The position numbers were made by a program, and so were the translations under genes. A stretch of 64,000 nucleotides of DNA from Camelus dromedarius (Eukaryota): positions 69,254,001-69,318,000 of the forward strand of contig NC_087444.1 in NCBI RefSeq assembly GCF_036321535.1, in the 5' to 3' direction. Shown one piece after another: positions 13,601-38,842 of the stretch. Positions within the stretch are counted from its first letter, which is position 1, and each line of letters begins with the position of its first letter. Below the pieces are notes generated by a model that was given only the letters and a program-made list of their open reading frames with translations, was not told the DNA's origin and searched no databases.

Positions 13601-13720
13601 CTCTCTTCAGCCGGGCGCCACGGCCGCCTCCCACCCTACGCCACATCAGCAGCGGCGCCGCCCCCCACCCGAGCCCCCCTCTCCCGCCCTTCTCACGCTG
13701 GCCGTCGCGCTGCGGGACAT
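1453..13720 (-). CDS. NUMBL: NUMB-like endocytic adaptor (PTB domain); 3'-partial gene, coding exons 1-7: complement(join(1453..1642,5073..5213,6229..6303,6392..6466,7478..7617,10066..10150,13697..13720))
   Basis: Spliced translation [20 protein letters not shown]...[35 protein letters not shown]...[25 protein letters not shown]...[21 protein letters not shown] matches NUMBL. Exon sizes 24/85/140/75/75/141/190 keep frame and all introns are GT-AG. Confidence 0.97.
2419..2524 (+). mobile_element. Camelid tRNA-Ala-derived SINE (Vic-1 type)
   Basis: ggggaagggtatagctcaagtggtagagcgcatgcttagcatgtacaaggtcctgggttcaatccccagtac + A-rich tail. Confidence 0.9.
2525..2811. other. Assembly gap (287 N)
   Basis: Run of N directly after a SINE A-rich tail. 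Confidence 1.
3440..4470 (+). mobile_element. Cluster of MaLR (MLT1-type) LTR relics
   Basis: gaggtggagtct..., gataacagcacccc..., catgtaactaggttctggccaa...aaacttctattt. Confidence 0.6.
5073..5213 (-). CDS. NUMBL: NUMBL exon 6 ([47 protein letters not shown])
   Basis: cccag|GAC ... TCC|gtgagt, 141 nt. Confidence 0.97.
6229..6303 (-). CDS. NUMBL: NUMBL exon 5 ([25 protein letters not shown])
   Basis: tccag|ATG ... AAG|gtagga, 75 nt. Confidence 0.96.
6392..6466 (-). CDS. NUMBL: NUMBL exon 4 (PTB: [25 protein letters not shown])
   Basis: ccaag|TAC ... GCG|gtgagt, 75 nt. Confidence 0.96.
7478..7617 (-). CDS. NUMBL: NUMBL exon 3 (contains NUMB-equivalent MNKLRQS start)
   Basis: cagcag|AC GGG ... 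GTC AGG|gtgagt, 140 nt. Confidence 0.95.
8380..9980. repeat. Degenerate TG-rich low-complexity tract in NUMBL intron 2 (CA-rich in pre-mRNA)
   Basis: Recurrent gtgtgt / gtctgtga motifs; interrupted by an L1 fragment. Confidence 0.8.
9100..9585 (-). mobile_element. 5'-truncated L1 with 10-bp TSD
   Basis: Poly-T at left; TGAGTATTAT at 9090-9099 and 9586-9595. Confidence 0.9.
10066..10150 (-). CDS. NUMBL: NUMBL exon 2 ([28 protein letters not shown])
   Basis: ggcag|GGC ... CCA G|gtgagt, 85 nt. Confidence 0.93.
10420..12770. repeat. Degenerate CA-rich low-complexity tract in NUMBL intron 1 (UG-rich in pre-mRNA)
   Basis: Recurrent cagtcaca / tcacagac / acacac motifs. Confidence 0.85.
13697..13720 (-). 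CDS. NUMBL: NUMBL coding exon 1 (MSRSATAS)
   Basis: ATG TCC CGC AGC GCG ACG GCC AGC|gtgaga, inside a CpG island. Confidence 0.92.
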
Positions 13721-13777
13721 CCAGGGCCCAGGCGCCCCCGCCTCCCGCGGCCCCGGCTGGGCCTGGATCCCCGAGTG

Positions 13778-13816
13778 CTGCTGCTGCTGCTGCTGCTGCT
13801 GCTGTGGCGGCGGCGG
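13778..13816 (-). repeat. (CAG)9 plus short CCG run in NUMBL 5'UTR
   Basis: Plus strand (CTG)9 at 13778-13804 followed by tgg(cgg)3. Confidence 0.95.
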
Positions 13817-14821
13817 CAGCTCGGTCTGACGCGGGCCGGGGCCGGGGGCCGGGGGATGGTGCGGGATGCACGCGCGCTAGCCTGCTCCACTCCCGAGAGG
13901 ATTCCGTTCCAGGGGCGGGGGAGCGCCCCTCCCACCTCTGCTCCCCGCCCCAGCCCCGCCCATTGGCCCGCCGCCTACTGGATATGCAAAGAGACCCCAC
14001 CCCTTGCCTAGCAGGCCACGCCTGCAGGCAAATATGACCCCACCTTCCCGGTGTGGCCACCACCCCGCCACGCCCATTGGCCAGACCTGGGGCTGAGCAC
14101 GCACGTGAACCGCGCTGACACCTTCCCCCAGGGCCATCCCGGAGTGGGGTCCCTTCCCCTGTGACCCCTGACCTCAGATCCTTTTATGTTCCGCGTCCGA
14201 AAGATTTGCTTCTGGAGGCGCCTCTCCGTCCCACATCCCCAAGCCTTCCAGCTAACCCCACGGTTCTCCCAGCCCAGCGGGGGCGGGCAGAAGCGGTGAC
14301 GAGGCATTTTTTGCAAGGAAGGGGAGGGGGAGTGAACAGACCCCAGTGTCCTGGTGCGAGATCGGTTTAGCTTTGGGGGCGTGGGCACCAGGCTGGGCCC
14401 GGGCGCTGTTCGGTCCACAGAAGCGCCCCCGCTCCCGCCCGATCCTGTGGGTTTGGCATAGCAGCTGCCAGTGGCATTAAGGCCCATTAGCAAAAGCGTG
14501 GTTGCTGGGAGCCAAGGCAGGGGGGAGGGTAGCCAGGAGGCTGGGAAGTGGTGTGTAAGTGTTTTGGGGGGGGAGGCCTACTCAGCTGCCACAGCCTTCA
14601 GAGCAGGTGGTCAGCACGTGCGGGAGGGGTGGGGTGGGGGGTGGATAGGGAAAGGGGAGAAGGAGGTTCCCGGCAACAGATGGCCCAGGCAGGACTGGGG
14701 CTTTCAGACAAGAGGGTGGGAGGAGGCTGGCCATCTGCACCTGGAGGCAGCCTGCGAACTCCTCCTCCGCCCCCCCCCCCACCTAGTGTAGAGAAAAGAG
14801 CTGGGGAAGGGGAGGGTCACT

Positions 14822-14827
14822 TTTATT
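14822..14827 (-). terminator. COQ8B poly(A) signal AATAAA
   Basis: Plus TTTATT about 520 nt past the stop, followed (minus strand) by a U-rich then G-rich downstream element. Confidence 0.75.
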
Positions 14828-15345
14828 AGGACTGAAGTTTCAAACACTGCCCCCCTCAAGCCCTCCCCAACACACAGGGTGGAACTGGGAGAAGGCAGCT
14901 GGTGGAAGGGTGAGGGAGGCAAAGGTGAGGGCTGCCTCCACCAACCACCATCCCTCCCCTTTCACTGGCCACATCTGTGGGAGACCCAAGGCAGGGGTGA
15001 GGGGCTTCTCCTCTTGAGGAGTCTGGCTGTCTATGATGGTGTGCACAGGGGCCTAAGGCTCTCTCAATTGTTGGCAGAAATAAATTACTACCTGGGTAGA
15101 GTTTCTGGATCCCCACTTTGGAGTGGGGAGAGCAGGATATGGGGGTATGAAGCTGGGAGTTCCCTAGTCCCAGGGTTCCCTTGAGCAAGACTGGAAAGCC
15201 CAAGGTGGGTCCCCAGACCTGAAGCTGAGTGGGAAGAAGGCCTCATAGCCAGAGATGGCCTGCTATGGGGCCAGAATCCCGAGATGCAGGCTCTTTGAGG
15301 GGTCTGAGCAGATGTCCCCTCTGGTCTGGAGGCTTTGGGCAGTGG

Positions 15346-30963
<15,618 letters not shown>

Positions 30964-31129
30964 TGTCTGGCGATGAGGAGAGATTATTTGGACAGGAGTT
31001 GTGGGACTGACCTCCCTGCTTTGCCCCTCTTTTCCAAGCCCTCACATTCCTCTGTGTCCACCCTAAGAATTCTACCAACCAAAGACTTTCTCCCCTGTTA
31101 ATAGGCCCTCCAGTTTCTCCTCGTTCCCT

Positions 31130-31700
31130 CTCTCGTTGCTAGGAACCCATAGCTCTTCCGCACACCTCCCCAAACCACTTTCCCCTGTCCCACTTCCCTC
31201 CGCCGTTGCTAGGGTCCTCTCCCGTTGCTAGACACCCACAGATCCTCCAGAGCTACCCCTCCACTCCGCTGAGCACCCCCTCGTTGCTAGGCACCGCCTT
31301 CCCCTCGTTGCTAGGCACCCACAATTCCTCTTGTGTCCCCTCCCCCCCTTTCCATCCTGCTACGGGCCACCTCCCCCGGTTGCTAAGCACCCACAGCTCT
31401 CTGGCTCTGGGTCCGCCACGACCGGGGGCCTCCTGCGCTTCCGGGAGTCTCCATACGCCCGCCCCCTCCGGTCAGATAGCCAATGGCGGAGGAGCAGCTG
31501 GCTGACTGACACAGAATACGCTCCGCTGTGCGTGAGGGGGCGGGACCTAACGGTGGGCTAGGGCACTACCGGAGCACACACGTGCCATTTTATGCCTTTC
31601 CACTCACCTCAAAGTTCCTTGTATGCGGCGGACCGTTCCGTTTCCTACACGTCGTTTTTTGCAAATATCCCTCTCCCTTACAAACTCCACACCCCTCTTT
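31130..31700 (-). promoter_or_regulatory. Internal CpG promoter of COQ8B with RFX motif cluster; candidate non-coding exon ending at donor 31608
   Basis: CpG-rich; CCAAT 31480; GC boxes; six GTTGCTA motifs; GAG|gtgagt donor on minus strand. Confidence 0.6.
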
Positions 31701-33145
31701 TGCGCGAACATTTTGTGAACCTCCCTTGTTTGTACCCCCAGTAGTCTCAACATCTCTCCTTTGAACACCCATCTTCCCAGGAAGCATTTCCCTTCCACAT
31801 GGAGCCCCTCTACTTTGCACACTCACCCTCTGCTTCAGTACCCACATCCTGGCACCCAGCCTTCTCCCTTGTACGCATAACCCCCCTGCCTTGCTCACCG
31901 TTTCCCTCCGTGTGCATAAATCCCCTCACACTCAGCTCTTTGCACACTGGGCCCGTTCCCTCATACACCCTGCTCTCTCTGCTCCCCACCCACCTGCAGG
32001 ATGCTGTGAGTGGGAGCCCTCTGTTTCCTGTCAGCCTGACATTTCCCAGAACACACTCAGCCAAGATTCCCAGTGCTGACTCAGGAGCCTTGGCATCCCA
32101 GGAAACCAGCTCCCAGCCCATTCTGAGTGTGTGTGTGTTATTGGTGGGGGAGGGAGGACAGGCTTAAAGCCTGCTCCCCCCATAGTAGGCTGACTCACCC
32201 CTCTTCTCACAGTCTGGAATAGAAGCAGCTGGCTGGGGCATCTCTCCCACTACTGGGAGAAGAAGGGATGTGACGCTTCTCCTATAGAACCCCCTCCCCC
32301 GACCCTGACTAACCCTCTTTATTAGGAATCAGACCCCTCTGTCTCTGTCCCTGTGTTGTGTGACCTCAGAAGAACCTCATCCCTTTCTGGATCTCAGCTT
32401 CTCAGCCTGTATGATGCATTAGGGGACACCTGTTATGACTTCTCATTGGTCTGTAAAGAGATGACTCATTTTGGATCCCTGGGTCTGTGCCCAATGCCCC
32501 TTTCCAGGTGACTCAGTTTCAAGACAGAAACCACCCCTGTACCCCTCCAGACATAAAGGTCTGACTCAGAAGCTAGGTGACAGCTCACCCTTGGGGGCAA
32601 AATATATAAAAAGCACCTATGACAATAACTAATCCTACAGGGCTGTGACTGATGGTACCAAGCCTGGCGCCACCTGTTTCACATGGGTGAGATCATATCA
32701 AACAGCCTGGTGGCTACAAGCAAAAGCTACAGGGTGGGAGAGCTCTGAGCCTCAGTGTCACCATTTGTGAAATGGAGCCATGGCATCCCCTCCTGCTCAG
32801 TGTTAGTGAGAGAGAGATTCAGTCAAACAATTTCTGTAAAGAGCTTGGCCCTGGGCGAGGACAGTACAAGAGCTCTATACATGAGATAATTTTCTTATGG
32901 AAAACCCATTCTTTTAAAATTTCTATTAAGCACTTACCATATGCTATTCTAGGCACTAAGGACACAGCAAGAAACAATACAGGCAAATAAACTTTGCCCT
33001 CTTGGTGCTGGCTTCTGGTGAGGGGCACAATAAACAAAATAAATAAGGATATGTAATAAGGTGGCACATGTTAAAGAGAAAAATGAACCAGGGAAGGGCA
33101 GGAAGAGGAGGGAAGACTGTATGTTCAAATAGGGTGGTCAGGACA

Positions 33146-33275
33146 GGGGAAGGGTATAGCTCAAGTGGTAGAGCACATGCTTAGCATGCACAAGGTCCTG
33201 GTTCAATCCCCAGTACCCCCTGTACAAATAAATAAATAAATAAACCGAATTACCTCCCCCCACCAAAATAAAAAC
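33146..33275 (+). mobile_element. Vic-1-type SINE inserted in an L2 relic
   Basis: ggggaagggtatagctcaagtggtagagcacatgcttagc... Confidence 0.9.
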
Positions 33276-34199
33276 AGGATGATCAGGAAAGTCCTGGTTG
33301 AGATGTCCTTTGAGTAAAGGCCTGAAGGAGGTGAGGGGAGACCTGAAGGAAGTGAGGGAAGGAGCTATTGAAATATCTAAGGGAAGGATGTTCCAAGCAG
33401 AGGGAACAACCAGTGCAAAGTCCCTGTGGTGGAAGGGTCTCAGAAAAATAGCAAAAAGGCCAATGGGCAGAGTGAGTGAGGAGGGAAAGAAGGATTAGAG
33501 GAGCCAGGTCAGGTAGACTATAGTGAGTTACGGTGAGGACTGGCTTTTCCCTGAGTGGGATGGGAACCACGGAGGGTTGTGAGCAGAGGCAGGACTGACT
33601 TACAGAAAATATTCTTACTTCCGGCTCTTCCTCCAACACCCCCAGCCTCAACAGCAAGTTATATCGCTCAATAGAGATCAAAAGCCCAAATTTTGGTTCA
33701 AATTTACACAATTTAGTTAGGTGATCTTTGACTCACTGCTTTGCCTTTCTGTGCCTCTGTTTCCCTGACAGTGCAACAGGAATGATGATGACTCCTACCT
33801 CACAAAATTTGAGGTGTAAAGTAGTAAGTATAACGCCTGGCACAAAGCAAGTGCACAAATGTAAACGTTGTTGTGAATAAATAAAAATCCCCATAGAAAC
33901 TCTTTTTATAGATGGGGAAACTGAGGCTCAGAGGAGACAGGTCTGTTGGGAATGGTCATTCCGGAAGTAAGGGTTGGAGCCAGCATTTGAAACCAGGCAT
34001 CCTTGCTTCAGAGATTAAGAACATGGCTTCACCCCTCATTAAACCCCACTTGACCTTAGACACATTCATTCACTGCTCCGGACCTTAATTTCCCAGTTGG
34101 TAGAAGTGATTGGCTCTTGTGGTACTGAACACATATTTTTCAAAACAATAAAATAACATAATGTGTCCTCATTTTACAAGTGAGAAAACAGAGTCTAGG

Positions 34200-34740
34200 G
34201 CTGGGGCAGGGGGTTGGGAGCGGAAGTCACTCAATCAAGGTAAGAGGCGGGTCTCAAACCCACATAAGTGGAATTCCCAAGTATTTGAAAGTCCTTCCCG
34301 GCGCTGCGTAAAGAATGGGCACGCTTCTAGACTCGTCGCCAGGGGTTAGAGAGAGACTAAAGTAGTCATTCGAGAGTGTAGGGAGATTGGATTAGTTGCG
34401 GGGGTGGGGGGGGGGGGTCCACTGGCCCAAGAGAACCACACAAACGCCCCAAATCCGACCTGGACGAGAGCACCAGGCGCTCGGAGCCCACCCCACCAAC
34501 AGAGATAGGAGGGGCCAGGCAAGGCCCAGCCCCTTTACGTCACGTCCGGTGAGGCGGGGCTTCGGGGCTTTCCCAGGGAAAGGAGGGGGGGAGAGTATCG
34601 GTTAACCCCTGCGTGGCTGGGCGGGCTGGAGCTCCCGGGCCGGAACCCGCGAGTTGTGTCTCCCCAGCCACACCCCTCGAGGGATTTAAAGGGACAGGAG
34701 GGGCCAGGTCCGGTCAAAGCCCGAGCCGAGGGTGCGGGCA
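34200..34740. promoter_or_regulatory. Head-to-head CpG promoter ITPKC / COQ8B
   Basis: CpG island between divergent genes; ETS-like CGGAAGT (about 34221), CRE-like ACGTCACGT (about 34537), GGGGCGG, ATTGG. Confidence 0.7.
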
Positions 34741-35864
34741 TGAGGCGCTGCCCGTGCCGGGGAAGCCTGAGCGAGGCGGAGGCCGGGGCGCTGCCGGGGG
34801 CGGCCCGCATGGGACTGGCGGCGCAGCGAGGGGGGCGGCGGCGGCAACCCGGGCAGCAGCGACCTGGGCCCGGCGCAGGGGGTCCAGTGGGGGGGCTGGA
34901 GAGGGGCGGGCCCCGGGTCGGGACCGAGGGATCCGATATCCACACCGAACCCGAGAGGGCCGGCCTTGGGCCTGAGTCGGGGACCGACGGACAGGCTGAG
35001 GTTGAAGCAGCTGGCCTCGGAGCGGAGACGGAGCGGCCCAGCCAAAAGACAGGCAGGTCCATCCTCCATACACTTCCAGAAAGGAGCACCCACTGTTCAG
35101 AGCTGGAGACAGCCGGTGCCCGGACAGACACCGGGACAGATGGCTTTTGGGCTGATCCACACAGGTTCGACCTCCAGTCTCAGCCAGAAAGGGCTAACCT
35201 CTGGGCACAGCCAGGGGTTGATGGGCCCTGGACAGAGCTAGAAATACATGGGTCACAGACCCAGCCAGCGAGGGCCAAGCCCTGGGCTAACCTCTGGACC
35301 CACCAGAACAGGTCCAACGCCTGGACTCAACCAGAGGGAGCCTCTCTCTCAACAGAGCCAAGTGCTGATGGCTCTTGGAAAGAATTGTACACTGATGGCT
35401 CCAGGACAAAACAGGATACTGAAGACCCCTGGACTGAGCTGCACAGTGATGGCTCCCAGATACCGCAGGATACTGAAACAGTCTGGAAACAGCCTGGCAC
35501 CGATGGTTTCTCAACACAAGATACCGATGGCTTCTGGACACAGCCTGGCACTGATGGTCCCCAGACAGAGCCTGGGACAGACTGCCTTTTGGGGGAGAAC
35601 AACCAAGATGGCCCATTAGAGGAACAAGAACACGGGGAGTTGGTGACTCACCTGTACTCTCACCTGGAATGTAGCCCCCTGACCCCTGTGCCCCGCCTCA
35701 TCATCACTCCTGAAACCCCTGAGCCTGAGGCTCAGCCGGTGGAACCCCCCTCCCAGATTGAGGTGGGCAGTGGTGGCTTCTCCTCTGCCTCCTCTTTCGA
35801 CGAGTCTGAGGATGACGTGGTGGCCGGGGGCGGAGGTGCCAGCGACCCTGAGGACAGGTCTGGG
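34740..35864 (+). CDS. ITPKC: ITPKC exon 1 (375 aa disordered N-terminal region)
   Basis: ATG at 34740 ... GAC AGG TCT GGG|gtgagt. Confidence 0.96.
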
Positions 35865-38807
35865 GTGAGTGGGACCCATCCTGCCTTTGAGCCTCATCCC
35901 CGCAAAACCTGATTCCTCCCTGCCTTTCCTTTGAGAAGTTCTCTAGAACTCTGCCAGCAGTTTCATCTCTGGGCACCTCTTCCCTCTGACAGCAGGGCTA
36001 CTAATGCTCTCCAGGCACTCTCCAGTTAATGCTCTCCTTTCCCCTCACGCACCCCCCTTCCCGCCTCCAGTCCTGGGGTCTAAAATGGATGGTCACTGGC
36101 TGACTTCTTGGCACCCAGGAACCCCTGAAATTGTGTGAGTCTGTGTGTGTATAGACATGCTTTGCAGCAAGGGTCTATGACTTCTGTTGGATCCTCTAGA
36201 CAGTCTATGACCCCAAACTCTGAAGAGCACTAGTATAGGGAGACAGAAAGGGTGCACTTTCTTTCTACCCTGCATTTCTTAGTCTGGAGCCTGTGGCTGC
36301 CTTAAGGGGTCACCAACCTTCACCCCCCTTAGCTCATTCACTTTTGTAAGGAGTGAGCTCCCAGCTTTTATCAGATTCTCAAAGGGCTATGTGAACCCCA
36401 AATGCTATGGGACCCCCAGCCTAGCCAGGGGCTCTCCCATCTCCCCATTGCCCCCCAGGCCCCCAGGAGTGCTCCTGCAGACTCTTGTTTACATTCTCCA
36501 CCCTCACCTCTAGCTTGGGTGCGGTTCTCCTCTGGTGAATCAGGAGGCCAGCAGGGCAGGTTCAGGGAGGGAGGGTCAGCACAGAGGCAGGTGCAAGAGC
36601 CTCACGTGGACTTGGGTCTGCCTGCTGGGTCCTCCTCCTGTTGTCCTGGGGCCCTTGGTTGGAGTCTTCCCTGAGCCCCCCTCACCCCACATGCTTCCCT
36701 TTAGGAATGTGCTCTCACATGTGGCCACAGATGTAAGAGACAGACCTGCCTCAACCTGCCTGTGCTGGAGTTAAGGAGCTGACCCTGGGGGCTTTCTGCA
36801 ATGCTGCTCTCTCTGCCTACTCCCTCACCTCCTTGTCATCTGAGAACAGCTGCACTGAGGTGCATGAAGAAAAAAAATATAGCAGCTATCATTTGCCTGT
36901 GCTCAGCCCTGTGCTAAGCTCCTTGCTCGTATTAACTCATTTAATCTTCACAGCAGCCCTATGAGGTCCTATTATCCCCATTTTAGAGATGAGGAAACTG
37001 AGGCACAGAGACTCATCCAAAGTCACAGACCTTGGAAGACACAGAACTGCAATTCAAACCCTTACTGAACACCAGGCACTTTCCCAAGTGCTGTGTACGT
37101 ATTAACTCATTGCATCCTCATAACAGGGCTGTAAGAGTGGGATTATTTATTATCTCCATTTTACAGAGAGGAAACTGAAGCCTAGAGAGGTGAGGGCACT
37201 GGCTGAGAGTTGGCCAAGTCTAGTGGGAGCCCGGATTCTAACTCAGTTCTGGCTGATTTGAAAACCCAGTCTTTTTAACCCTTGCAGCATGTGGATCCAT
37301 CCCTAACTTGACTTCCTCCCAGGTCTCCTGATCTCCAGTTTTTCCTTATCATTCCAGAATCTGTCTCCAGAGCCCAGCTTTGATTAACTTTTGAATTTTC
37401 CCTGCTCCAGAGTCTTCCATGGCTCCCCAGGGCCTTGCTGATAGCGATCAGGAGTTCAGTCCTGTGTTCAGAGCTTCCTGTCTCCAGCTCCTTCCTAGTT
37501 CAGCTCCCCTCCTGACTCCTTCTGCTGCAGGGAAGCTGAAGTACACACTGTTCTCTCGAACACCCTGCTGCCATCCTGCCTCCATGCGTTGCTCAAGCTG
37601 TTCCCACCACCCAGAATACCCCTCGCTTCTTTCCCGCTTCGTTTTGAAATCCCATCTGACCTTAAAGGCCCAGCTACTTTTTTCCTTTCCTCCCCTTGTC
37701 CTTCCTTCTTACACCCATCCTGTCCTCCTAATCAGACAACAAACAGTTCCCAATCCCTACTATGTGTCCGGCCCTATGTTGGCTTTGCTAGGGACACAGC
37801 AGTGACCCAGACACTGCCTACTTGGAGCACCCAGGCCGATGGAGGAGACAGACCCATCACCAGGCAGTGACAGCTCAGAGTGGTCAGGCCAGGGATGGGG
37901 GAAGCCCAGAGGGTTGTGGGAGTCTAGAGAAGGTGACTGGCCAGACCAGAGAGGGCTTCCTAGAGAAGGGGGGCACGTGGGCTGGGGCCATCATGAAACC
38001 ATCTGAGAAAGCCCAGATTAACTATCAGATCTAAGAAAAGAGAGAGAAGATACTGAATATGCTTATGGGAAAAAAAAGAGACAGTTTCAACCAACCTTCT
38101 TCAATCCAAACAACATTTTTGGAGCACCTATTGTGTATCAGGCCATGCCTGGGGACACGGTTGTAACCATGACAACCCCAGACCTGCCCTCAAAGCTTGT
38201 AGTCCAGCAGGGCTGTAGTGGGTAAGCCCAGGGCAGTGGGGTTGGACCAGAGATAAGACCTCAGCACTGGGCTATGTGATTTGGACGGGTGACTTCACCC
38301 CTCTGCATCTCTGATTCCTCTTCTGTAACAGTCAACAATCCTCCTGGGGTTGTGTTTTTAGGATTAAGTAGGTTGTGGCACACTGAACCTTTGTCATTGT
38401 GCCTGGAATGTTCCAGGTGCTTAGTAAACAGGAACCTTTATTAATCACCTCCTCTCCAGGGCTGGCAGCTGGAGAGGGGAGGGAATAGCCCTTCCTGAAT
38501 CCTGCAGTCTAACACCCTGCCTCTTCCCACCGTCAATTAGATGTCTGCTAGGTAGCTGGGCTCTGGGAGGCAGGAGAGAACATGGTCTCAGCCCTGGGGT
38601 CGGAGGAGATGAGGCACACAGCTTTTTCCTCTGGGGTCGACCCATTCTCCCAGTGCTTGCTAAGAGCCTGCTATGTGCTTGGAGCAGAGAAGGTATTCGC
38701 ATTTGCGTGTGTGCATGCGGTGAATCAGACACTAACCAGGTCTCAAGAAGCTCTTGGTTCAGTCAACATGTTACAACTAAATCTTTGCTTTCTGTTTACT
38801 TCTCTGT

Positions 38808-38842
<35 letters not shown>

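Larger units (their letters stand above)
13500..14450 (-). promoter_or_regulatory. NUMBL CpG-island promoter and 5'UTR
   Basis: CpG-dense; CCAAT boxes (plus ATTGG 13962, 14076), several GGGCGG boxes, CACGTG near 14102. Confidence 0.8.

Noticed and set aside
13287-14063. 258-aa minus-strand poly-Ala ORF over the NUMBL promoter
   Set aside because: Non-ATG start in GC-rich sequence, out of frame with NUMBL, and runs through intron 1.
14330-14425. REST/RE1-like half sites near the NUMBL promoter
   Set aside because: Only half-site matches, with wrong spacing.
34656-34739. In-frame GTG-initiated 28-aa extension of ITPKC
   Set aside because: Frame is open, but the TSS position is unknown and short open stretches are expected in GC-rich leaders.
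34535-35131. 198-aa antisense ORF over ITPKC exon 1
   Set aside because: GC-rich shadow ORF opposite a real CDS; no independent evidence.
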